Source: the human T2T-CHM13v2.0 reference genome, Homo sapiens. Taken from it: a stretch of 64,000 bases of DNA. Made by a program: the position numbers and the translations under genes. Positions 53,261-64,000 of the stretch are shown in pieces. The notes under the pieces were generated by a model that saw only the letters and a list, made by a program, of their open reading frames with translations, was not told the DNA's origin and searched no databases. Positions within the stretch are counted from its first letter, which is position 1. Each line of letters starts with the position of its first letter. The stretch lies in NCBI RefSeq assembly GCF_009914755.1, contig NC_060928.1; one strand, 5' to 3'.

Positions 53261-53859
53261 AGAATGCATAGATAAAAGATAAAGGAGGGGATGTGAGTAT
53301 TTTTTTTTAAATTGCAGGCAATGGGAATTTAGCAGGAATTACTTTTTTCAATCAAGGTAGATCACAGGCTCGGTGGATTTGGGGTTCTATCTTCTACTGC
53401 CCTGTACAATAAAACCAATGTTAGGAACGCTATCTCTGAGGGCCTGCAGGACCCTCACTTATTGCAGCCAAACTCATGTATGATTTACTAGACTGATACA
53501 GAAAAGGTTTTTGATCATATAAATGAAACATATATTAAGCAAAATAATGAAAAGATATTTATTCCCACACTACTCAAAAATCACACCACCAGAATATTCT
53601 AATCCTATTAGCTATGCACCTCCTAGACCTCACTAGAGGCCAAACACATATTTGGTGTCTTCAGAAGTTCTCAGTATTCAGAATATATTAGATGTTATAC
53701 AACGCACTGAATGTATCCTGGAGATTTTCAAGGGGGAGTTTGCAGAATACACTTGCTGTTTGATTAGACAGATTGGTTTTGAAAAAAGAGAGTTTTGATT
53801 AGACAGATTGTTTTTTAAAAAGAGAGAGAAAGAAAATAGAAATAATAAATAAGAATAAA

Positions 53860-54060
53860 TACGTTTAAAATCCTTGTTATATCATTACAATAATTCTAAA
53901 AGCTGGGGCAATGTTACCATCCCATTTTATAGCTTAAAAAACTGAAGCACATGAAAATCAGGTAACATTCCATATGTCACACAGTTAATATGTATTGGGG
54001 CCAGGATTCTAGCTAATTCTAGTAGTATTCAGAGCAAGTTTGCTTAAAAGTATATTATAC
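53860..54060 (-). mobile_element. MIR
   Basis: ATCCCATTTTATAGCTTAAAAAACTGAAGCAC. Confidence 0.75.
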
Positions 54061-54185
54061 TCCTAGTAGCGTAGTACAAAAATTAGCAAAGAAAATGAAC
54101 AGGCAATTCACAGGTAAGAAAATATGTTGACCAGTAGATATATGAAAGAATATTCAGCTTTTTTAATTAATCAGAAAAGTGCAAG

Positions 54186-54386
54186 AGTTTTTTTAAAGAT
54201 AATAGTTTTAGACTTAAGTGCCATATACTATCTGTAGCAGCTACTCAATTCTGTTGTTGAAACAAGAAAGCAACCATAGAAAATACATTAAAAAATGAAT
54301 GTAGCTGAGTGCCAGTAAAACTTTATTTACAAAAACAGGTGGTGGGCCAGTTTTGACCAGCAGGCTGTGTAGTCTTCTGACCTCTG
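54186..54386 (+). mobile_element. MER58A
   Basis: GCTACTCAATTCTG...CCAGTAAAACTTTATTTACAAAAACAGGTGGTGGGCCAG. Confidence 0.85.
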
Positions 54387-54790
54387 CATTATGAGATTTT
54401 ATGAATATAATATAAATATAAAAAAGAATGAATATGTGGGAATGTAGGAATATTCTAGATATAGTATTAAGGGAAAAGATGCGAGTTTCAGGGTAATGTG
54501 TATGGTACGTCTCAATTGTAAACAGCAGTATGGCAAAATATATATGACAGTTGTATGTTGCAGCCTGTATATGTATGTTGAAAATATCTACATAATTTGG
54601 TAAGCGCTGGCATGGACCAAGTGCAAAATGATACCTATTAAACTACTAACTTGGGATTTTTCAGGGGGCAATTGGAATTGGGCAGGTAGAGACTGGTGAC
54701 ATTTTCTACACATGCTCTGATTTGTTTGTCTCTATAAACCATCACAAATTATTACTACAGTTTTTTAAAAAAGCAAATGGTATATCATAA

Positions 54791-54872
54791 GAATAAGAAA
54801 AAAGAAGAAAGAAGGCAAGGAATGAAGAGCAAAAGAAAGGAAGAATGGAGGAAGAAAGAAGGAAGAAAAGAG
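54791..54872. repeat. GA-rich polypurine low-complexity tract
   Basis: GAAGAAAGAAGG-type repeats over about 80 bp. Confidence 0.8.
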
Positions 54873-55124
54873 GGCAGGACTCTTTTCAGTTGATTTTAAG
54901 GTTTCCAAATGGAGAAACACTCTGTGGATGGAGCGCCACATGTGCTATGGCACATTTTTTTCATAGGTGAAAGTCAGATCAGGATATGGATAGCCTAACA
55001 GAGTATAAGCCCTCGATAAATAGTAGGTGAATGAATAACTTCTTAAAGGTATATTCCTGAAAAAAGAGAAAACTTAGATGACTTTATAAATATTTTTCCT
55101 GTTTTCCCCCTAATTTTTATATGA

Positions 55125-55345
55125 AGGAAGGCAGCTTAGCATCATGGATAAGTCTGTGTTTGAGTCCTTGCTCTGTGCCTTACTGGCTGTGTAATCATGA
55201 AGTTTCTTAACTTCCCTCGGCCACAGCTTCTTCATCTAGTCAGTGGGTACCATAAGAATACTTACCAAATAAGAACTGTTGTGAGGACCAAATGAGATGA
55301 CATATGTAAAGTGCTTAGAGCAAGGCTTATATGGAAAACATTGAA
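55125..55345 (+). mobile_element. MIR
   Basis: TACTGGCTGTGT...GTTGTGAGGA..AAATGAGATGACATATGTAAAGTGCTTAG. Confidence 0.85.
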
Positions 55346-55375
55346 CCAAGTAAAATTGATATTGGACGCTGTTTA

Positions 55376-55704
<329 letters not shown>

Positions 55705-55749
55705 TTAGGGGGTGGGGGTGAATGTTGGGGGTGAGAATCAGCCATGGAT

Positions 55750-55945
55750 ATGGGCATAAGGCAATGGAGACAAAATGTGGGCTATGAGACAGGCCTAGGT
55801 TTTTACCCTGGTTATATTAACTGTGTGACCTTGGGCAAGTTACTTATCCTTCCAGAGATCCAGTGTCCCTATCTGTGAAACAGGATTAATAATGTACCTC
55901 TTAGTGTTGGTAAGAGGATTCCTTAGAAAATATGCTTGCTTCTAC
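55750..55945 (+). mobile_element. MIR
   Basis: CTGTGTGACCTTGGGCAAGTTACTTA core. Confidence 0.88.
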
Positions 55946-55957
55946 ATAGTTTGTAAT

Positions 55958-56252
55958 CATGTGCACATGGTTGATATTCACTTACATATAGTCAGTATCA
56001 ATGGCATATGGTTGATACCCATATGCATAAGTTTTGCATCTACATTCAAATGGTGGGCATTCATGTGCATGTGGTTGGTATCCACACGAACATGGTCAGT
56101 ATTCCATGTGCACATGGTTGTTGCTTCACATGCATATAGTTGGTATCCATGTGAATGGGGTTGGTATCCACATGCACACAGTCAGTATCCACATGTGTAT
56201 GGTTGGTACCGCATGTGTGCATAGTTGAATTCACGTGCACATGAATGATATC
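55958..56252. repeat. Degenerate minisatellite, 14 units of about 21 bp, consensus CAYRTGCAYRTGGTTGGTATC
   Basis: Units aligned by hand start at 55958, 55979, 56000, 56020, 56041, 56062, 56083, 56105, 56127, 56148, 56169, 56190, 56211, 56232. Confidence 0.92.
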
Positions 56253-57781
56253 CACAAAGAGCAGTCACAGTGTGGTTGACCCCGATGCCTGCCTTTCCCA
56301 TTGGTTTTATGGTTGCCTGTGTGCTCTTCTCTGTTGCTGATAACACCCTCCTGCTTCCGTTTCCATGGGTGAAACACTTCACTATGCTGTTTTGTGGCCC
56401 CCCCTTGGGGCTTTTGCTTCCAATCCCAGCTGCTTCTCTTTTCTGTAGGGTCATCTGCCACCCTCTTCCTCTTCTGCCATTTGCAGCTTCTTTGCTCTTA
56501 GCTCTGCTGCTCCTATCCCACCTTAGTCTCTCTCCTTCAGTTATTACAGCTCTTATAGAAGACTGACTCTTCATTGTGCAATCTTTTCTGCCCAGGGACT
56601 TGGGTCAAGCTCCAGGGGCTGGAGAGCACCAGAGTTATCACCATCCTCAAAAAGTGTCCCTCAGTGACAATCCTAAAACCCAGTGACTCAAGGTAGAATC
56701 CAGGTGGCTTGATACTTCTCTCCTTAGTGTAAGTATCTGCCCCATTCGTCATATCCAAGCTCCACATCCTTTTATATATTTTTCCCCCAACACTTGTATC
56801 TTCCAGAAATATTTTTTCACATGTCTAAGGATCTAACCATCTTTCCTAAAATTTTCTTCCAGTTTCTCCCCAAAGATCTGTCTGGTTTTTATGCAAAGGG
56901 AACTCTAAGCAACTGTTTTAATATGCTGGAATTTTGGAGGAGTATATGCAGCTTTAGCAAATCTCCCCCCATCCAGAGCACACAGACCTTTGCCGTGTGC
57001 TCAACTGACTTTCTTGGAGATATGATGGTGGGGTGGGGGTGGAGAAGCTACCCATGAGACCAGATGTATTCTTTTTCTTCAATTTTTAGTGTTTTTGCTG
57101 GGGGCAACAGACTTTGCTATGAATTAGAAGTGACTGGGGTCTCAGGCTTGGGAAAACTTCTCTAGATAACAGTCAGAAGATACTAATTCCTTCTGCTATC
57201 GCAGCTGCCTCAGGTGGTCTTTCCTATGTGTGAGATTAGCTGCAAAATTCATGTGTGTCTGACTTCGTAAACACTTATATTCCCTATCCATTTCATCAGA
57301 AAACAGGAGGTTAAAACTTGTACTTACACCCTTCTAACCTCTCTGAGGAAGTTTGGCTTTTCTTTTGTTGAGCAGGAAGCTTCCTCGGTGGGGAGTAATG
57401 ATATCTGACCTCAAAGGTATGGAGGTCCAGAGATCACAGATCAGGCTGCTTTAACTTAAGAGCATGACATTGAAAATTCATGCTGTGCCCAAGGAAAAGC
57501 AAGTTTAAGAACCAAAAATCTTGAACAGATTTTGCTCAGTACTCATCCTTCTAAACAACTCTTTGTTTTTTCCAACTTTTTACCCTAATTCTTCCCATTG
57601 GAAAAGTGCTGGTCTTGGAATTCAGATGCTTTGGCTAATTTTGTGTGTAACTTAGGAAAATGAACCAACCTCCTAGAGTGTTAGTTTATTTACTTTTTTT
57701 TTTGCACAATGTGAATAATAATAACCAAATCATGGAAAATGGCCATTTACTGAGTCCTGAGATATTCCATGCATTTCATGT

Positions 57782-58268
57782 TGTAGTAGACTTCTCTCAT
57801 CTTGGATAGCTATGTAGCACTCATTCTCCTTTCCTAATAGCATTTGATTTTCTCTGGGAGATTTACCTCTCCCCAAGTATGTGTGATCTTGGTGGGAGTG
57901 TAGATCCAGGACCCCTGTTTGCCATCATTGGAGCTGATGGGTCCCCTTTGCCAGATCTTTTTTTGCTTCACTAAGTATTGTTAAAGGGCAATCACATAAT
58001 CCAAGTATGGTTAATTAGACCTTTTGCTTTTGGGATCTTACATATTGAACAAAGTAACTGAAAGCAATGGATAGAGTTCATTCACTGTGTGAGCAACACT
58101 ACTGACAGGCTGTGGAGTGCTTTCTGCTATGAACACTTCCTGGGAATCTTTAGTTTCTTATCTGGTTAGAGCCTGATCCTCCAGATTTTTCATTAATCTT
58201 TCCATTTTCTTCAAACTTATTTTTTCAAGTCTTTTTTTTTTCTATTTGTTTACAACAAAAAAACTTTA
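57782..58268 (+). mobile_element. LTR33-like ERVL LTR
   Basis: TGTAGTAGAC start; TAATAGCA..TGATTTTCTCTGGG..CCTCTCCCC; ends TTTGTTTACAACAAAA. Antisense MIR sequence on both sides. Confidence 0.65.
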
Positions 58269-58269
58269 T

Positions 58270-58430
58270 TTATAAATGCAAGCATTATTTTGTTTGATTC
58301 TGACAATAATCATATGAGTAGGTGCAATAATCATATCCAATATACCTATAAGGAGACTGAAGCTCAGAAATGTTAAGGAACTTAACCCAAATCCTGTAGT
58401 ATGAAGAGAAGCTAGAGTTTAAACCCAAGT
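58270..58430 (-). mobile_element. MIR
   Basis: ATAAGGAGACTGAAGCTCAGAAATGTTAAG. Confidence 0.75.
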
Positions 58431-60421
58431 GATGGGTGAAAGATCAAATAACATATAAACATTTTAAAGCATCTTGCATAGTCCTTGACACATAGAAAGC
58501 ACGTAGCAACATTAATTAATTCTGAATGTTTTTGTTGGTCAAAAAGTGACTACCTACGATGAGGGGGAAAAATAATTAATGCACCCAGTGTGGGAAACTG
58601 TAAAACAAAGCTGTGATCCAGTGGCTTATTATTTTATATAGATACTGTTCATCATCCTTGCTTATTTCTCTAAATTGAGCTTTTTGAGGGCAAGGTCTCT
58701 GCTCTGGAATCTCTTTGCATTTCCAGAGAATGCTAGAAAATGAGTACTCTTGCTGTATTGAAAAGAGCCTATTAGGAACACGCCACAAAGCCTGGGTTAA
58801 GATTTTTTTTTTGTGGCTTAGTGTGGTCCAGATCTTGACACAGCCAGTGCCACCACAAACATCCTGTTGATGATGCTTTAGTTTTCCTGGAGTAATAAAC
58901 AAGAACAATCACAGCCTTTCCAATCCCCCTTTGAAGAGCATATAATAATACCAGTCTGGGCAACATTTCAAAACTAATTACTTAACAGAAATTTCGCAGC
59001 ATAGCAGTGACTACTCACCAGGTATTTGAAACTGGTAAAAATCTAACAGCATGGCAACCATTTTGATCATTTCTGTTATTAAATTTGTCTGGACTTTCCT
59101 CTGTATTTCTTAAGAGGCCAGTTTGATTACTTTTTCAGGCATATTTTCATTTGAGCAACCTCAGTTTTAGATTTATTTATTGCATACACTTATTGCTCTA
59201 CTGATATACAATAAAACCCCAGGCCCTTGAGTGTCGATTGTGCATGAAAACAGTTTTTAATAGAATGAATTCCCAAGGGGAAGTTAAACAGCGTCTGCTC
59301 TTTCCTTTCTTTCTTTAGGTATTTTCTACTTTTCCTTCTTTTTTCCTTTTTTCCCCTAAATCCAAGGCTAACACAGAACAGGCTCCAGGCTCCCTGTGGG
59401 CGATTGTGTCGAATTAAATCTGACCTTTTCCAAATTGTCATTCTGGTCATTTGGAAATGATGGAGGTTTGGCCGCACCTGGGCCTGCACTTGTTTAGTTC
59501 CCTCTGCATCGTGCTCTCTGGCTTCTGTGCAAGGATCTTTTCCATTTACAATAAAGTGGTGTGGATTTGGAAGACTCAGGGATGGCCTGACTTTCTGACT
59601 TTTCTGAGTTGGTCAATATGTCAATAATCAGTGGGGGTGCCGGTTCTGTCTAACTTCACCCCTGGCCTTTGCACACTCTCACTCTTCCGCTGAGTCCCTG
59701 ATCACGCTGGGATTGGCTTTTACATGCACCTCTTGTTAAGGTTGTGGCTGTGTTTTAAAAAATAAGACCGGTCAGAATGGAGTGCTCTGGGGAAGGAGCA
59801 GGCTTCTTTAGTGTTCAATAATACTTGGGCTTGGGCTCTGGTATTTTTATTAAGTTCTGCTCTCAGAATTTCACTGCAGTCCGGCCTGCTATAAGTGCTG
59901 AATGTCTCCTCTGAGGGAAGATGGAGAGTTTTCTTTAATAGATAGGTATCCTCAAATGTAGTTTCAAGGGTCCTTTTGTGAGGGTCTGCAGGCAGAATCA
60001 TAACACACGTTTGTCCTCTGATTAAAGGACATCTCTTTGGGGATAATTTATTTTTGGGAAGGAGACTTGAGGAGGTTATGTTCATTCTCCATATAAAGAA
60101 TAAGTAACATTCCGCAATGATGATCAGTACGGAAAATATGTCTTAAACCAAAATAACATTACTGTCACCAAACTCTAAAGAAATGTTTACAATTTTTCTT
60201 ATGTTGGGAATTGCAAACATAGATTTTGCTAGTTCTGTCGATTGTTAACTTATTACTGAGTTTAAGGTGCATCTATAGGGACCTGAGGGGATAATTGTAC
60301 CTATGACATAGGGATTATAGGACATATTTAAGGCATTTAGCATAGTAATCACACAATGAATGTTAATTATTAATATTGCTATTACTCTTTTGAAAAATCA
60401 AATATTTGGAGAAATGCAGCT

Positions 60422-61062
<641 letters not shown>

Positions 61063-61169
61063 CAGCTGAATTCGTTGCTGTTGTATATTCAAATTTTAGA
61101 CACTAAAATGACAAATTTGGATGAGTTATTGATCACAGCACCCTAGATATTAAGTGAGTTGACCAAAGC

Positions 61170-61650
61170 CATTGGGGTAACTTCAAAAATGATGTTATAA
61201 ATTCTTGGACATTCTTCCTCTCAGGAGGTGGCCCCTAATTTCTTTCCCCTTAAATATGGGCAGGACTTCACGGCTAACTTGTACTGAATGGAATGGAGCA
61301 GTAGGGAAGCTAGATGACTTCCCAGACTAGGTCACAAAAGGCAGCACTCCTGGCTCTCTTCAGCCCTTGGAATGCTCCCTCTTAGAACCCAGTTGTCATC
61401 TGTGAGGAAGTCCAGCCTACATATAGGGATTTGGGCTAACATTGTCTGCTGAAATCTCAGCTGATAACCAGTGCCAATAGCCAGACTTATGAGTGAGGTA
61501 GCTTTACAGGTGACTCCAGCCCTAGCCACTGTTGCATGAACATGACTCATGCACTGAGCCCTGTGAGAGTGAATAATAGAAGCAACAAAACACCGTTGTT
61601 TATGCCACTAAATTTGGTGTTTTTTAATGCAACAATAAACAGAGCAGATA
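61170..61650 (+). mobile_element. MLT1G/H-like LTR
   Basis: AAATTCTTGGACATTCTTCC...CCAGACTAGGTCACAAAAGGCA...TATGCCACTAAATTTGG. Confidence 0.8.
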
Positions 61651-63159
61651 GTAAAGCATCAAAACTAGAACCCAGTTCCCTTGACTTTTGTCCATCGCTT
61701 TGATCGCTTCATTAAGTTAGTTTCTTGACTTTCATTTGTTTTAAATACGAATTTATAAAATGCTTATATTTCAGTTATATTAAAGGTCTTAGACTATTTT
61801 TAGAAGACGAGATGGTTGGAAAGGGTATTATACTATTTGAACCACATTATACAAATGAATAAATTGTACCTCAGAGAGTTCATTATTTAGGATCATTGTA
61901 AGTGGTAAAATGCAATGCATATTTAAAACTTAAGTGTCTAAATGTTGGATTGCGAATGGCAATGATGACACTCACAAACAAGGGCTCACAACTAAGCTGT
62001 TCCCATACATAATTGAGTAACAATGCATGATTAGCTATTATCAAGATCACGTAATCAAATAGTCTGGGCTTCTGCTTGATTTTGGAAGATTTGAATTATG
62101 CTTGAGAAATGAACTTATTTTTTAGTATTCACTTCATTTTGCGATCTGTCAATAGAATCAAAATGCTCACTTAAATACATCCAGAAATGCACATTCCTAT
62201 GGTTGTTCATTTGTACACTTTCACATAATAGTGTGAAAGCTTTCTTTTCCCCTTTTCTCATGAAAGCTATTGGAAGAAATGGATTAGAAAATTGAAATAT
62301 AGAAGAGACAGAATCAAGGTGCATGAAAAACAGCGTGTTTGCTGAAGGAGTCAGCCTTCAGTGGTTGGATGAGGAAACACATATTGCTACTGTGGACAGC
62401 ATAGTGGTCTGGGAGAATCCTGGGGGAAAGACTGCATCAGAGTGATGGGGAATTTCTAATTTTTGCTTTTGCCTACTCTGCATATATCTGCCTGAGGGAT
62501 AGAAATTACCCAGTTTTTCTTTTTTTTAACTTTTTCTGCTGCAGGCAGTGCTTTTTGGTGGCTGCAGTTCTGATTCACAGAGACCAAGAAAAGGAGAAAG
62601 CTGCTGGCTTGAAGACTCCCAGGAGCCACCACTGAGAATTTTTGATACATTAAACATAGAACCAGCCCTTCTCCTCTGTGGAGTGCTCAGCAGTCTGGGT
62701 GCAATTTTATTTGTGCCCAAATACCTCTTTCTCTATGACACATTCTTAAATTTCCAAACCTTTTACACTTTTAGATTTAGTTTTTAGTGAATTCTTTTGG
62801 GTTTTTAAGCATCTTTTGCTCTTTGGTTAGGATGTTGTTGGATTGATTTGTGATATCCATAGATTGTATGCCCTTTGTACCAGCTGTCTGTTGGGCAAGA
62901 AGAGTTGTCCCTAAGAAAGAGAAGACACTGTAACTTTTGATATGTCTTAGCACAGACAGGGATGGCCAAGGACAAGAAGGCTTGGTGTTTCTTCTTTTCT
63001 TCTTCATTTTCTTCGTCAGTGACTCATATCAGAGTAGAGGTATCTCTGACTATGAGAAAAGAGTAAGACTAGCTGTCTTTACTCTGGTCCTACAATTCAG
63101 GGTTGATTCCTGAAAACGATTCTTCTGTTTTCAGATGCTGAATTATCATAAAGTAAAAG

Positions 63160-63330
63160 GCACTTTAGTGTCAGAAGACCTGTGTTCAATCCTCACTCTG
63201 TCATTTATGAGACCATGGTATGTTACTTAATATCCCAGAGGACCTCAGGTTCCTCAGCTGTAACATGGGGGTAATAATGACGACTTCATGGATTCAATAA
63301 GGTACCACTCAGCAGCTATCAATTCAGAAT
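63160..63330 (+). mobile_element. MIR
   Basis: GTCAGAAGACCTGTGTTCAATCC...CCTCAGGTTCCTCAGCTGTAACATGGGG. Confidence 0.8.
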
Positions 63331-63486
63331 TAGTTGTTGTTTTTTGCTTTTTTTTTTTGATAACATAATCTAGGCTAAAATTTGAATTTAACACACAGAT
63401 AACTAAGTGAATAAAGAGAAAAGAGGGTAAGTCCATTTTTATTTTATATATAAAATGAAACTTCGAGTTTAAGAAATTTTAACACT

Positions 63487-63800
63487 GGCTGGGTTCAGTG
63501 GCTCACGCTTGTAATCCTAGCACTTTGGGAGGCCAAGGTGGGCAGATCACCTGAGGTCAGGAGTTCTAGACCAGCCTAGCCAACATGGTGAAACCCCGTC
63601 TCTACTAAAGATACAAAAATTAGCTGGGCGTATTGGCAGGTGCCTGTAGTCCCAGCCACTCAGAAGGCTGAGACAGGGGAATGGCTTGAATCCGAGAGAC
63701 AGGTTGCAGTGAGCCAAGATCGCGCCGCTGCAGTCTGGCCTGGGTGACAGAGCAAGACTCCATCTCAAAAAAAAAAAAAAAAAGAAAAAAAAGAAAAAAA
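63487..63800 (+). mobile_element. AluSx-like
   Basis: Full dimer; long A-rich tail; TSD core AAGAAATTTT (63471, 63800). Confidence 0.97.
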
Positions 63801-64000
63801 AGAAATTTTTACTTTAATGAAAACATTTATCTGCCCCAATCTCTTCTGTGTTAAAAGTTCTCTTTCAGAAAGTCCCTTCAAGTGTACTTCTGTCCCCCTC
63901 CACGTACTTGCAGTTTCCTGGGAGAAGTAATACTTTAACCCCCTGAGTATAAATTGGTTTCGGATAAACTTAAAACAAGTCCTACTGCCCATGGCACCAC

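Noticed and set aside
53340-53760. Possible MER21/MER77-like LTR relic
   Set aside because: Partial similarity only; no termini or TSD identified.
55958-56252. CRISPR-like array
   Set aside because: Contiguous degenerate tandem units with no unique spacers, no cas genes, and a primate context.
55892-56255. Overlapping His/Met/Val/Trp-rich ORFs
   Set aside because: A by-product of a 21-nt repeat unit (a multiple of 3) that lacks stops; no promoter or splice evidence.

Overview
This is primate genomic DNA, most likely hominoid or human, judged by AluJ/S/Y, L1PA3-like, THE1/MST/MLT1 LTRs and CpG depletion. I cannot assign the locus without a search. By eye about half the window is interspersed repeat: 11 Alus, two young 5'-truncated L1PA copies, older L1M pieces, many MaLR/ERV solo LTRs (often nested, with readable target-site duplications, TSDs), L2, MIR and DNA-transposon relics. 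I find no credible host protein-coding ORF, RNA gene, CpG island or CRISPR array. The only recognisable protein sequence is a broken L1 ORF2 C-terminus. I cannot support a new biological system. The best leads are: (1) a 14 x 21-bp E-box-rich degenerate minisatellite at 55958-56252; (2) a cluster of two acceptors and two donors at 45661-45717 where every combination preserves frame; (3) a perfect 52-bp tandem duplication at 21211-21314; (4) several repeat-free, motif-dense stretches that look like enhancers. Subfamily names come from remembered consensus sequences, and boundaries of old repeats are approximate.
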